DNA of 33,557 bases, from the sequence record SRR31156797_6247; one strand, written 5' to 3'. Every line of letters starts with the position of its first letter. Position 1 is the stretch's first letter. The position numbers and the translations under genes were made by a program. Below, one piece after another: positions 7,507 to 17,432 of this stretch. A model generated the notes under the pieces. It worked only from the letters and a program-made list of their open reading frames with translations, was not told the origin of the DNA and did not search any database.

Positions 7507-8331
7507 ATGAACTCACTTTCAGATATACTAAAAATTATAGGCAAACGAATAATTGAGTTTGGTCCTTATTTGGTATCTGAGTTTTCTGGTTTTTTAAAGA
7601 GAAATAAATATGGTGTAATGGGAACCTTGGCATTTCATATGTTACTTCTTATCATTTTATTTTCCTTTAAATTGAATACCAGAAGAGAATATATTGAACC
7701 AGAAATTTTCATTGATATTCCTCTTGAAGTGGCAGAACAGATTCTTAAAGAGGAACAAGAGAAAATTGAAAAAGTTCTGGAAGAAAAAAATTCTGAAATA
7801 ACTAAGAGTGTAGACGAACTTCTTCGATCAATTGCCGTAAACCAAAACGTTAAAAAATCAAATTCTGACCCGAAACAGAAGGTTGAGAATATGATAGACG
7901 AAATTCGCAAGAATTTAGATGAGTATGGATCTGATGAAGCTCCTGATGGAAGAAGTAATTCAGATGACTATAAATTGGATAGTATAAGCCTGGCTGAAGC
8001 CAAAGAAAAACAGAGAGTTTTGGATTCTTTGCAAAGTATTGAATATAGCGGTCCTAGTAGTGTTTATTATAGTTTAAAAGGGCGACATAAGATCTACTTA
8101 CCAATACCGGTGTTTAAATGCGAAGGTGAAGGTAAAATTGTGGTGCAAATTAGTGTTAATCAAAGTGGGAAAGTTGTTGATGCCAGAGTTTTAAAAAAGG
8201 AATCAGGCGTACAAGATGATTGTTTATTTGAAGCTGCAGTTGGAGCCTCATTTAAAACCAAATTTAATGTAAGTACATCGAGTCCAGCTGAACAGACAGG
8301 AAGTATTACTTATCACTTTGTAAAACAATAA
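7507..8331 (+). CDS. Energy transducer TonB-family protein
   Basis: TM segment TLAFHMLLLIILF with the conserved T/S-x3-H, an acidic linker and a TonB_C-like C-terminus (GKIVVQISVNQSGKVVDARV...GSITYHF). Own candidate -7 element TAAATTTG at 7450. Confidence 0.8.
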   Translation: MNSLSDILKIIGKRIIEFGPYLVSEFSGFLKRNKYGVMGTLAFHMLLLIILFSFKLNTRREYIEPEIFIDIPLEVAEQILKEEQEKIEKVLEEKNSEITKSVDELLRSIAVNQNVKKSNSDPKQKVENMIDEIRKNLDEYGSDEAPDGRSNSDDYKLDSISLAEAKEKQRVLDSLQSIEYSGPSSVYYSLKGRHKIYLPIPVFKCEGEGKIVVQISVNQSGKVVDARVLKKESGVQDDCLFEAAVGASFKTKFNVSTSSPAEQTGSITYHFVKQ

Positions 8332-8430
8332 TCGTTTATCCATTCTCTATATCGTACAAATTCGGATTATGATTATTTACCGATTATGTATAAATTGGCA
8401 TTCGTTTTTTATCCTTGAAATTAAAATAAT

Positions 8431-9840
8431 ATGAGCTTTTTTTTAGCATCCAAACTTCGTAGAGCATCTAATACAGTTGCTATTGAGAAAAAGAGAGACG
8501 AACTTAGAAGTGACTTTGAAGAATTTGAATTGTTTTCGAAATCGGAAGAGTTGAAGCATTTTAATGAATTAGAAATATATGTTCTATCTGATGAATTCAA
8601 AAGAAATCGAAAAAGTGTAGAGAGCAAAAGCTTTAAAAGGAGTGAATTGTATCAGGATGAAAAACATTTTAGACGTTTCCAGAAATCTAAGAAATTCAAA
8701 ATTTATTTTCGTTTAAAGGATTCTTCTGAATTGAGCACCTATGAGTTGGTTCAAAAATCTGAAGATTTGCAGAGATTTCAAGAATTGGAGATGATTGTTA
8801 AATCATCTGGTTTTAGTAAAAAGAAACAAGCCGAGGAGTGGAATGAATATAAAAAATTGAAATCCTCTGCTCGTATTAAAGAGTATTTTAAGTTTAAAAA
8901 ATCGAAAGCTTTTAGAATTTTTAATGAGCTTGATAATTCTTCTGATCTGAAAAAATATTATCAACTGGAAGAAAAAATTAGCTCGGAAGAATTTCAAAAA
9001 GAGAAGAAATTCTTGTTGGATAAAAAGCGATTTGAAAAAACGGATGATTTTCAAAAACTGAAAGAATACGAGCAATTAAAATCAAGTGATAAGTTTGTAA
9101 AGTTCTTTAAATTAAAAGCTAAAAATCCTTTCGAGGAACTTAAAAAGTGGGATCTTACTTTTTCAGAAGAGTTTGAATCAGGTTCTTTAGACTCTTCAAA
9201 ATGGATTACTCGTTACTATTGGGGAGATAAATTACTAGATAAGGGGTATTCTTTAGAAGATGATTTACATGTGTTTACTGAAGGTGAAAATATTAAAGTT
9301 TCGGGAACCACAGCAGCTTTACAAGCTCGTAAAGAAAAGAAGGATGGCTTAACCTGGAAATCAAATTTAGGTTTTGTTCCAGAACAATTTGATTATACTT
9401 CGGCGGTTTTAAATACAGGAAATTCGTTTAAACAAAAGTATGGTAGATTTGAAGCTAAGATAAAGTTGAAGAATTACTCGCAAGTTCAAAATTCATTTTG
9501 GATGGTTGCAGATAAAAGTCTTCCGCATATCGATATTCTGAAAACAGCTAACGGAGGAAAATTAAACTCAGGAAACTTTTGGGGCAGTGAAGATGCTCCT
9601 CAAAAGAATCAATTCAAAATTAAGGGAGTAGATTTAAATAAAGGATATTTTATTTATACTCTTGATTGGAGTGCTAATGAACTGGAGTGGAAAATAAATG
9701 ATGTCACCATTAAGAAACAAAATCAAGGAGTACCGCAAGACCCAATGTATTTAAATTTTTGTTTGGCAGTAAAAGAAGCCAGGAATGATTTGAATGCAGA
9801 AATGGAAATTGATTGGGTTAGATGTTACCAACGAAAATAA
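8431..9840 (+). CDS. GH16-fold protein with N-terminal helical repeats, probably catalytically inactive
   Basis: C-terminal GH16 hallmarks (WDLTFSEEF, YTSA, KYGRFEAKIK, SFWM, YTLDW, PMYL, MEIDWVRCYQ), but the ExDxxE motif reads HIDILK. No signal peptide. Confidence 0.85.
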   Translation: MSFFLASKLRRASNTVAIEKKRDELRSDFEEFELFSKSEELKHFNELEIYVLSDEFKRNRKSVESKSFKRSELYQDEKHFRRFQKSKKFKIYFRLKDSSELSTYELVQKSEDLQRFQELEMIVKSSGFSKKKQAEEWNEYKKLKSSARIKEYFKFKKSKAFRIFNELDNSSDLKKYYQLEEKISSEEFQKEKKFLLDKKRFEKTDDFQKLKEYEQLKSSDKFVKFFKLKAKNPFEELKKWDLTFSEEFESGSLDSSKWITRYYWGDKLLDKGYSLEDDLHVFTEGENIKVSGTTAALQARKEKKDGLTWKSNLGFVPEQFDYTSAVLNTGNSFKQKYGRFEAKIKLKNYSQVQNSFWMVADKSLPHIDILKTANGGKLNSGNFWGSEDAPQKNQFKIKGVDLNKGYFIYTLDWSANELEWKINDVTIKKQNQGVPQDPMYLNFCLAVKEARNDLNAEMEIDWVRCYQRK

Positions 9841-9866
9841 AAAAAAGTGCCTTTCGGCACTTTTTT
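9841..9866. terminator. Bidirectional intrinsic terminator
   Basis: Perfect hairpin AAAAAAGTGCC-TTTC-GGCACTTTTTT between convergent genes. Confidence 0.92.
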
Positions 9867-10458
9867 AATTTAATGAGGTTCCTACATTAAAAACACTAAA
9901 GTAATTATCTATAGAGTCGGCAAGTTGCGTTTTTAAATCGTCTAATTCTTGTTTTTCCATCTCATCTTCATCCCAGTACGTCAGGATAATGTTCAGATAA
10001 TCTTTTATCAGTTCAGGAGAAGTCTGTAGACCTAAATCTTTTCTGAGCAATACATTAAACTCGGCGAACCAAAGTAATGCAATTTTATGCTCATGTACTG
10101 TTCCTTCTACAAATGAACTGAGAGATTTAAATTCTAAAAATTTCCGGATGGTTAGTTCCGAAGCTAAATAGTAAAGTCGAGTTCCCAACTCCAAAAATTC
10201 TTTCTGAAGTCTTTTAAAATTGCTCTTGCTTTTCTTTTCACACAAAATCTTCATAAAAAATGCATTGATTCGAAGAAACTCCTCGCGCGTTTCGTCAGAA
10301 GCTGGAAGCGAATTCGTGGTTGAGTCCTTCACTTCAGATTCTGTAGCTGTTTCTTCCGAACTTGCAGATGCGTTTCTTTTTTCCTGTATCAGAAAAGAAA
10401 TAATAAATGCCAGAGCAGATAAAATTAAAATTTGCAGTATGATCGAGATGATTTCCAT
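9865..10458 (-). CDS. Hypothetical membrane-anchored protein
   Basis: 197 aa: hydrophobic N-terminal helix, S/T/E-rich linker and a helical domain. Ends at the shared terminator. Confidence 0.75.
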   Translation of the reverse strand: MEIISIILQILILSALAFIISFLIQEKRNASASSEETATESEVKDSTTNSLPASDETREEFLRINAFFMKILCEKKSKSNFKRLQKEFLELGTRLYYLASELTIRKFLEFKSLSSFVEGTVHEHKIALLWFAEFNVLLRKDLGLQTSPELIKDYLNIILTYWDEDEMEKQELDDLKTQLADSIDNYFSVFNVGTSLN

Positions 10459-10792
10459 GGTTAAGGGTTTAGTGAATATGGTTAATTTGGTTAATTGGAA
10501 ATAACAAACTCACAATTAAAAATTTACGAATTATTATGTTGTTGCCCAAAATCGATATCCCTGATTTTATTTACCTCCATTTTTTGTGGATAAACACATC
10601 TTTTTTCAGGACGAAAATTTCATTTTAATTTTTTATAAATATTACTCTAATAACAGCACAATCAGGGAATTATAGCCTGTCTATAAAGATTACTCAATTT
10701 AGTAAAAGCTTTTGGAATAAGCATCATTTTTTTTTCAACAAAAATATTTAGTTTAGTTGATAACCTCAATTTCTTAGAAATTATTACGAACG

Positions 10793-10819
10793 AAAAAAGC
10801 CGGTTTAAAACCGGCTTTT
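10793..10819 (-). terminator. Intrinsic terminator of the RND efflux operon
   Basis: AAAAAAGCCGGTTT-A-AAACCGGCTTTT hairpin, 23 bp downstream of the RND stop, with a 6-T run on the - strand. Confidence 0.88.
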
Positions 10820-10842
10820 CAATATTTATTTTTTGCACGAAT

Positions 10843-13800
10843 CTATTTTTTTGAGAAGAAATCGTACAACCTGTGCTCAATTTGTGTTGATAAACGGAAC
10901 ATGACAGGAGCAATAATCAATGTTAAGAATGTTGCAACCGTCAGTCCAAAAATTACTGTCCACGACATAGGTCCCCAAAATGCAGTACTATCGCTACCGA
11001 AGGATAAATGAGGATTGAACTCACTTAATAAGGTAAAGAAATCGAAATTCATACCGACAGCTAGAGGAAACAATCCCAAAACAGTGGTAATTGCAGTAAG
11101 CATTACTGGACGTAAACGGGTTTTACCTGCTTGCGCAATACAATCAACCTCTTCTGCCGAGCTTAGGTATTTGCGTTCGCTCATATCGGTCTCTTCAATT
11201 TTTCTTTTTCTTAAAAGATCTATGTAATCAACCAATACAATACCGTTATTTACTACAATTCCAGCTAATGAGATAATTCCAATACCTGTCATTAGAATTA
11301 CGAAAGGCATTTGGAAAATACCCAAACCAAGGAAAACACCAATGGTACTAAATAGAACCGTTATCATGATGATTAATGGTTTAATTGCCGAGTTGAATTG
11401 CGATACAAGGATTAAAGTAATTAATGCTAAAGCAATTAATAGTGCTTGTGTAAGGAAAGCCTGTGTTTCTTCTTGTTCTTCCTGCTCTCCGGTTAGTTTG
11501 TACGAATAACCTTTAGGCATTTCAAAATCAGCTAACAGTTCTCGAATTCGTGTATTGATAATATTCGCATTAAAACCTTCTTTTACATTAGAGTAAATGG
11601 TAACAACACGTGTATTTTCAATACGATTGATTCTCTCGTAGGTTGATCCATACTTGTAATCAGCAACCGATGAAATTGGCACTTGCACCATTTGGTTACT
11701 TAGCGGACTCATCACACTAATTTTTTGATTCATTAGTGCAGGAACATCATATCTGTATTTGTCATTCAAACGTAACATGATATCATATTCGTCCTCTCCA
11801 TCTTTAAATTTGGAAACTTCCAATCCGTAAAGAGAATTTCTTAATGCTCTTGCAACCTGATTTGTTGACAAACCAAAACGACGAACCTTATCTCTGTCAA
11901 TATTGATTAGCATTTCAGGTTTACCCTGATCCAAATCTAATTTTAGCTCTTCAACACCGGCGATTCTATCTTCATCAAGCATTTGTTTTACTCTATTAGC
12001 TTGAATTAATAGTTTTTCAAAATCATCGCCTGCCACCTCAACATTAATTGGATAACCAACAGGAGGTCCCTGATCATCTTTTTCAACAAATATTTTAGCG
12101 CCAATAAATCCATTAAAATTGTTGGTGAGCTCCTGCATTATTTCTGAAGTACTTACTCCATTTCGTTCTTTAAATTCGACGAATGAAATAGTTGTTAATG
12201 ATTTATTTGCAGCACGATCTGATGAAAACATTCCACCTTTACCAGAACCAACATTCGTCGAAATGGAACGAATGATTCCCATAAATGGATCCATTGTTTT
12301 GTTCACAATATCTTCAACTTTTTGTGTTGTTTCGTTGGTTTTATGAATATCTGTTCCTAAAGGCAATTCCATGGTTACATATATCGACTTTGGATCGTTA
12401 TCCGGGAAAAATACAAACAGTGGATTCGTTTTAAAGTAAAAAGAAATTGAACCAATCATTAATAGAAATGTTCCAGCAAAAAATAGGAATGGACGAATTC
12501 CTTTTAAGGCGAAACGCAATGTTCTTTCATATCTGTTTTCCATAACCACCAGAAAAACGGTTTGGAACCAGCGTGCAAATGGTTTTAAAACTGCCAGATT
12601 CAATAGAATAATTATTCCTATTGTAGCTAGTAGATTCGCTATTAAGTAGGTTTCCAATGCACCAAACATTTTCATTAAATAGAATGGCAAAGAAACGATT
12701 AGGAAAGCTGATGCAATAATGATGAATTTTTTCTTGTTCATTTTTTTATTTACATCATCAATCTTAACAAAACTAGCTGTAAAAACAGGATTTAATATTA
12801 AAGCTACAAATAGTGATGATGCCAATACAATTATCAGAGTAATTGGAAGATATTTCATGAACTCACCCATAATTCCACTCCACATTAGTAATGGGAAGAA
12901 TGCTGCCAGTGTTGTTGCTGTTGATGAAATAATAGGACCGGCAATTTCACTTACACCTTTTTTAGTAGCTTCCAGTTTCGATAAACCTTCTTCATGTAGT
13001 CGATAAACATTTTCGACTACCACAATGGCATTATCAACCAACATACCAAGTGCCAAAATCAGTGAGAATAGAATCATCTGATTTACAGTATAGCCAATTT
13101 GGTTTAAGATGATAAACGAAATTAACATCGACATTGGAATTGCTAAACCTGAAAATAAAGCATTTCTCAATCCCATAAACAAGTACAATATAATAATTAC
13201 CAATAGCATTCCCATAATAATGGAATTCTCTAAATCGGCAACTTGTCCTCTTACATCTTCCGAAGTATCATCAGTAACTGTAACTATCAACCCTCTTGGT
13301 AGTGCACCATTTTCTTTTTCCTGAGAGATAATTTTGTAAATTTCATCGGTAGCAGCCAATAAGTTTTCACCTGATTTTTTGGTGATTGATAATGAAACAA
13401 CAGGATGATTGTTTAATCTCGATATGGATGAAAGCTCTTCATATCCATCTTCAACCTCGGCAACATCCTTAAGATATACAACTTTACCATTTGTAACTTT
13501 AACAATGGTATTTTCAATTTGTTGCATGTTGGTGTAATCGGCACTTGTACGAATACTTCTTCGTGTGTTATCTGTAATTAAAGTACCAGCACTTACCGTT
13601 ACATTTTCATCGCCAATGGCAAGTTCGATATCATGAAAAGTAACTCCATTGGCTTCCATTTTATGCAAATCGGCGTTGATTTTGATTTCTCTTTCATCAA
13701 TACCTTTAATATCCGCTTCAGAAACTTCTGGAAGAGATTCGAATTTGTCTTGCAATTCTTCAGCAAACTCCTTCAAATCATCCAATCCAAAATCACCCGA

Positions 13801-14280
13801 AAGGTTGACGTTTAGAATTGGGAAATCTGCAAAGTCAACATCTTCAACTATAGGATCCGTATCCAAATCATCAGGCAATTCACTTAAGGATTTATCAACT
13901 TTATCCTTAGTGTCTTGAAGAGCTTGTTTTACAGGGATATCCGTATTAAACTCAACCACAATTAAACTCATGTCTTCGTATGATGCGGAGCTTAACTTCT
14001 TTACGCCTTTAAGCGATTTTAATTCCTTTTCTATTGGTCGTGTCACCAAATTCTCGATATCAATAGGAGAGTTTCCCGGATAAGGAGTAGATACCATGAT
14101 ATTTGGAATCACAACTTCAGGGAAATATTCCCTAGGCATACTTTGGTACGAGAACCAACCAAATACTATCAGAATAAAAGTCAGAATAAAAATGGAATTC
14201 TTATTCTTTAAAGCTCCGAAGGTTGGTTTAAACTGCCGTTGTTGAGTTTCGGCAGAGGTATTATCTTTTTTATTCTCCAT
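10843..14280 (-). CDS. RND efflux transporter permease (AcrB/AcrD/AcrF family)
   Basis: 1145 aa with duplicated TM and periplasmic halves. Motifs GMLVDNAIVVVEN, VVNNGIVLVD and RLRPVMLTA. Confidence 0.95.
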   Translation of the reverse strand: MENKKDNTSAETQQRQFKPTFGALKNKNSIFILTFILIVFGWFSYQSMPREYFPEVVIPNIMVSTPYPGNSPIDIENLVTRPIEKELKSLKGVKKLSSASYEDMSLIVVEFNTDIPVKQALQDTKDKVDKSLSELPDDLDTDPIVEDVDFADFPILNVNLSGDFGLDDLKEFAEELQDKFESLPEVSEADIKGIDEREIKINADLHKMEANGVTFHDIELAIGDENVTVSAGTLITDNTRRSIRTSADYTNMQQIENTIVKVTNGKVVYLKDVAEVEDGYEELSSISRLNNHPVVSLSITKKSGENLLAATDEIYKIISQEKENGALPRGLIVTVTDDTSEDVRGQVADLENSIIMGMLLVIIILYLFMGLRNALFSGLAIPMSMLISFIILNQIGYTVNQMILFSLILALGMLVDNAIVVVENVYRLHEEGLSKLEATKKGVSEIAGPIISSTATTLAAFFPLLMWSGIMGEFMKYLPITLIIVLASSLFVALILNPVFTASFVKIDDVNKKMNKKKFIIIASAFLIVSLPFYLMKMFGALETYLIANLLATIGIIILLNLAVLKPFARWFQTVFLVVMENRYERTLRFALKGIRPFLFFAGTFLLMIGSISFYFKTNPLFVFFPDNDPKSIYVTMELPLGTDIHKTNETTQKVEDIVNKTMDPFMGIIRSISTNVGSGKGGMFSSDRAANKSLTTISFVEFKERNGVSTSEIMQELTNNFNGFIGAKIFVEKDDQGPPVGYPINVEVAGDDFEKLLIQANRVKQMLDEDRIAGVEELKLDLDQGKPEMLINIDRDKVRRFGLSTNQVARALRNSLYGLEVSKFKDGEDEYDIMLRLNDKYRYDVPALMNQKISVMSPLSNQMVQVPISSVADYKYGSTYERINRIENTRVVTIYSNVKEGFNANIINTRIRELLADFEMPKGYSYKLTGEQEEQEETQAFLTQALLIALALITLILVSQFNSAIKPLIIMITVLFSTIGVFLGLGIFQMPFVILMTGIGIISLAGIVVNNGIVLVDYIDLLRKRKIEETDMSERKYLSSAEEVDCIAQAGKTRLRPVMLTAITTVLGLFPLAVGMNFDFFTLLSEFNPHLSFGSDSTAFWGPMSWTVIFGLTVATFLTLIIAPVMFRLSTQIEHRLYDFFSKK

Positions 14281-14292
14281 AATATCTTCGAA

Positions 14293-15414
14293 TTATTTGG
14301 TGCTGATAAGCGTTCCGTTTACAACCTGAGCAAAACCTTCGGTAATAATTTTATCACCTAAGTTCAAACCTGATTCAACCATTGATTTGTTGTTGTAGGT
14401 TTTTGATACATTGATGTAGGTTTTTTTAGCTACAAAATGTTTTCCTTCCTTTTTCGCCAGGTACAAGTAGTTTCCTTCAAAATCTTTTTTAATTAGAATT
14501 GAAGGTACAACCATTGCATTATCAACCTCATAATCTTTGATTTTCATGATGGAAATCAAGTTTGGCTTAATCTGGTGATTTGAATTGTTTAGGTTAATTC
14601 TAACCTTAAAACTTCTGTTTCCAGGATCAATAACATTCGAAGTACGGTAGATAGGAGCAGATGTAGAGAAAGCAATTGCCGGGAAATCCAATAGCACAAC
14701 TGCACCTGATTTGATATAGTTAAGATAAGATTCAGAAACATCTCCTTCTACGTATACTTTATCGATATTTACCAATTGAGCAAAAGGAATAGATGGACCA
14801 GCCAATTCACCTTTCCTTTGATGAATTTCATCTACTATACCATTAAATGGAGCGGTAATAATTGCCATATCCTTTTGTGCCTGCAGTGCTTCAAGGTTTC
14901 TTTCTAATGATTCCTTATTTGCTTTGGCTTGTAAATACTCAATCTCGGAGCCTATTTTTTGCTTCCAAAGCCTTTCTTGTCTTTCAAAAATAGTTGTTGA
15001 CAAATCAAGATTGGTTTTTACCTCGTCAATTGTTCGCTGAATTTGAGAAGTATTTAACCTACCCAAAATGTCACCTTTTCTTACTCTTTGCCCTTCAACG
15101 ACATCAATGGAAATGATATTTCCTCCAGTTTCCGGTGTAATAGTGATATTTTTGTCAGCTTCAACATTACCTGTAACTTGAATGTAATGCTCAAACTTCG
15201 AAGATTTCAATTCCTCAACTACAACATTTATAGTTTGCTCTTCACCACTTTCGTTTTTAATTTCAGTTTCAAGAGCCGAAATTTTCTTTTTTAAAACCGC
15301 AAATTCAGTTTTGTATTTTTTAAGTTGTTCCTCTTTGTTCAAATCTTTTTCTGCATCTTTTGCAGAACACGCAAACAAGAGTGGAATTATACCTGCTATG
15401 ATTAATTTTTTCAT
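14293..15414 (-). CDS. RND membrane fusion (periplasmic adaptor) lipoprotein
   Basis: Lipobox LFAC, lipoyl motifs VEGQRVRKGD and ITAPFNG around a coiled hairpin, and SGLNLGDKII. Confidence 0.93.
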   Translation of the reverse strand: MKKLIIAGIIPLLFACSAKDAEKDLNKEEQLKKYKTEFAVLKKKISALETEIKNESGEEQTINVVVEELKSSKFEHYIQVTGNVEADKNITITPETGGNIISIDVVEGQRVRKGDILGRLNTSQIQRTIDEVKTNLDLSTTIFERQERLWKQKIGSEIEYLQAKANKESLERNLEALQAQKDMAIITAPFNGIVDEIHQRKGELAGPSIPFAQLVNIDKVYVEGDVSESYLNYIKSGAVVLLDFPAIAFSTSAPIYRTSNVIDPGNRSFKVRINLNNSNHQIKPNLISIMKIKDYEVDNAMVVPSILIKKDFEGNYLYLAKKEGKHFVAKKTYINVSKTYNNKSMVESGLNLGDKIITEGFAQVVNGTLISTK

Positions 15415-15441
15415 TTTAGTATTTTTTGTAGGATGTTGTAT

Positions 15442-16809
15442 TTATAGTTTGCCTAATGCTTTTTGGAATTCAATTTTAGAATTCAACAACTGCAATGTAG
15501 AATTGATATAATTCGAATGCGAATCCAAATATTGCTTTTCATTCTCTGAAAGTTCGGTACTTGTAGAGATACCTTCATTGAATTTGATTCTTGTTCTGTC
15601 GTAAATTCTTTTTGCAATTTCGGAACCTTCACGATCGTTTTCATATTTTTCTTGCGCATTCAGTAAGTTCGAAAACGAAATACTTAAATCTTTTTTCAGA
15701 TTTTGTTCTGTCATCTGAAGATCATTTTCTAAAGCCATATATTCTATTTTTTGTTGCTTTACTTTTGATCTTCTTTTACCTGCTGAAAAAATTGGCATGC
15801 TGACCTTAACACCTAAAACAGAAGAATTAAACCAGGGAACGTTTGATTTGAAAATATTTGAATCATCGGCACTAGCATTCTTACTATAAGTGTAAAATGC
15901 TGAGATATTTGGTAAATAATCAGCCTGCTCATTTTTTATCAATAAATCCTGAGCTTTTAGGTTTGTTGTCATGATTTTATAATCGATATGATTGCTTACA
16001 TCATAACTCGAAATTACAGGTGTTTCTGTTCTTAGAGGATCAACTAAGTTGTCTAATGAATTTGTTAATTCAATTTTATCATCAACATCAACCCCCATAG
16101 TAAATTTTAAAACTATTAAGGATGTACGAATCGCTCTTTTGGCATCTGCTAATTGAGTTTTAGAGTTGTTTAAATTCAAACGGATCTGATCAACATCTAA
16201 CTCTTCACGAAAACCATTTTGGAAGTATGCATCAGTTTCTTTTAATAATTTTTCGTTGATATCTAGGTTTTCCTTTATGGTTTTATAATTTTCTTTAGCA
16301 ACTAACACAGTGTAATAAGCTTGAGCAACCGCATCTTTTATTTCAATCTCCGATTTTTCTTTTTGATCTTTTGATAATTGAAGATATACTTTTGCTGCCA
16401 TGGTTCCAACAATATACGATCCATCAAATATTTTCTGATTGACTGTTACACCAGCAGAACTACTATATCGCTGAGCAAACGAAACGAACATTGGTTCATT
16501 AGAGGTTGGTTCTCCACTCATAGCTCTAATTACATTTGCGAATTCAATTGGTAGGGGAGATTTAGTCAATTTTAAATTATTAGAATAATCTGCATTAAAA
16601 TCAATTTGTGGTAAACCGTCAGCAATGGTTTCCCAAACCTTCTTTTTTGCAACTTGTAAGTCATAGTCGGTACCTTTTACCGAGTATGAGTTTTCCAAAG
16701 CATATGCTTGTGCTTCGGTTAAAGTGAAATAAATTTTAGTCTCGCTTTGTGCTAATAGCAAATTACTAAAACCAAAATATATCACCAGTATTAGTAGGAT
16801 GTTTTTCAT
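15442..16809 (-). CDS. TolC-family outer membrane efflux protein
   Basis: Signal peptide, LTEAQAYALEN and duplicated OEP repeats (LPQIDF...QKIFDG; LPNISA...MPIFSAG). Confidence 0.93.
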   Translation of the reverse strand: MKNILLILVIYFGFSNLLLAQSETKIYFTLTEAQAYALENSYSVKGTDYDLQVAKKKVWETIADGLPQIDFNADYSNNLKLTKSPLPIEFANVIRAMSGEPTSNEPMFVSFAQRYSSSAGVTVNQKIFDGSYIVGTMAAKVYLQLSKDQKEKSEIEIKDAVAQAYYTVLVAKENYKTIKENLDINEKLLKETDAYFQNGFREELDVDQIRLNLNNSKTQLADAKRAIRTSLIVLKFTMGVDVDDKIELTNSLDNLVDPLRTETPVISSYDVSNHIDYKIMTTNLKAQDLLIKNEQADYLPNISAFYTYSKNASADDSNIFKSNVPWFNSSVLGVKVSMPIFSAGKRRSKVKQQKIEYMALENDLQMTEQNLKKDLSISFSNLLNAQEKYENDREGSEIAKRIYDRTRIKFNEGISTSTELSENEKQYLDSHSNYINSTLQLLNSKIEFQKALGKL

Positions 16810-16819
16810 TGGTAATGAT

Positions 16820-17428
16820 CTATTTAAATTTATTTTTAAAATATTTTATTCCTCTTTCGGTGCAGATACCATGTAAGTGATACATGGTTAATTCACGATG
16901 CATATCGATATTAAAAACTTCATCATCGTTGAACACCTGATATTCTGTTATGGATAGGTTTAAATAGAAACTAACCAGATTTTTACTTATAAAATCGATG
17001 TTTAGTTCAGATCTATAAAGCCCTTCCTTAACCCCTTGCCTTAGATTGGTTATCAATTCATTTTGGAAACCAATTATCTTTTCATGTTTGAAATTGTTCC
17101 ATATTTCGGGGTAGTATTTCTTTAAATCGTAATCTAAAGAATCACAGCGTAGCTTAATTCTCTCATTTACAAATTTGAAGAATTCAAAATATTGATCAAG
17201 TGCATTCATTTCTTTTAATTCATCTGAATTGAAAGAGAATTCAGGATTTTGTCTTTCCCATTCGCATGCTTGAGTAACTAACTCTTTTTTGTTTGGAAAG
17301 TGTTGATACAGAGTTTTTTTAGATATGCCTAATTTTGAAGCAATATCATCCATCGTCACACTTTTAATACCATATTGGAAAAACATTTCCCAGATGTTCA
17401 TTAAAATCTTTTCCTTTTGCTCATTCAT
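16820..17428 (-). CDS. TetR/AcrR family transcriptional regulator
   Basis: HTH GIKSVTMDDIASKLGISKKTLYQHFPNKKEL. Start reassigned to ATG 17428 because the track's 17443 start overlaps the -7 element. Confidence 0.93.
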   Translation of the reverse strand: MNEQKEKILMNIWEMFFQYGIKSVTMDDIASKLGISKKTLYQHFPNKKELVTQACEWERQNPEFSFNSDELKEMNALDQYFEFFKFVNERIKLRCDSLDYDLKKYYPEIWNNFKHEKIIGFQNELITNLRQGVKEGLYRSELNIDFISKNLVSFYLNLSITEYQVFNDDEVFNIDMHRELTMYHLHGICTERGIKYFKNKFK

Positions 17429-17432
17429 ATTG

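Noticed and set aside
8395-8412. TTGGCA sigma-54-like starts at about 8395, 17612 and 25420
   Set aside because: No TTG(C) at the required -12 spacing.
437-9840. Polysaccharide utilisation locus (TBDT + GH16)
   Set aside because: No SusD, the GH16 is cytoplasmic and lacks catalytic glutamates, and the regulator is PhoRB-like.
10662-10913. 83-aa minus-strand ORF downstream of the RND gene
   Set aside because: Overlaps the RND 3' end and runs through its terminator.
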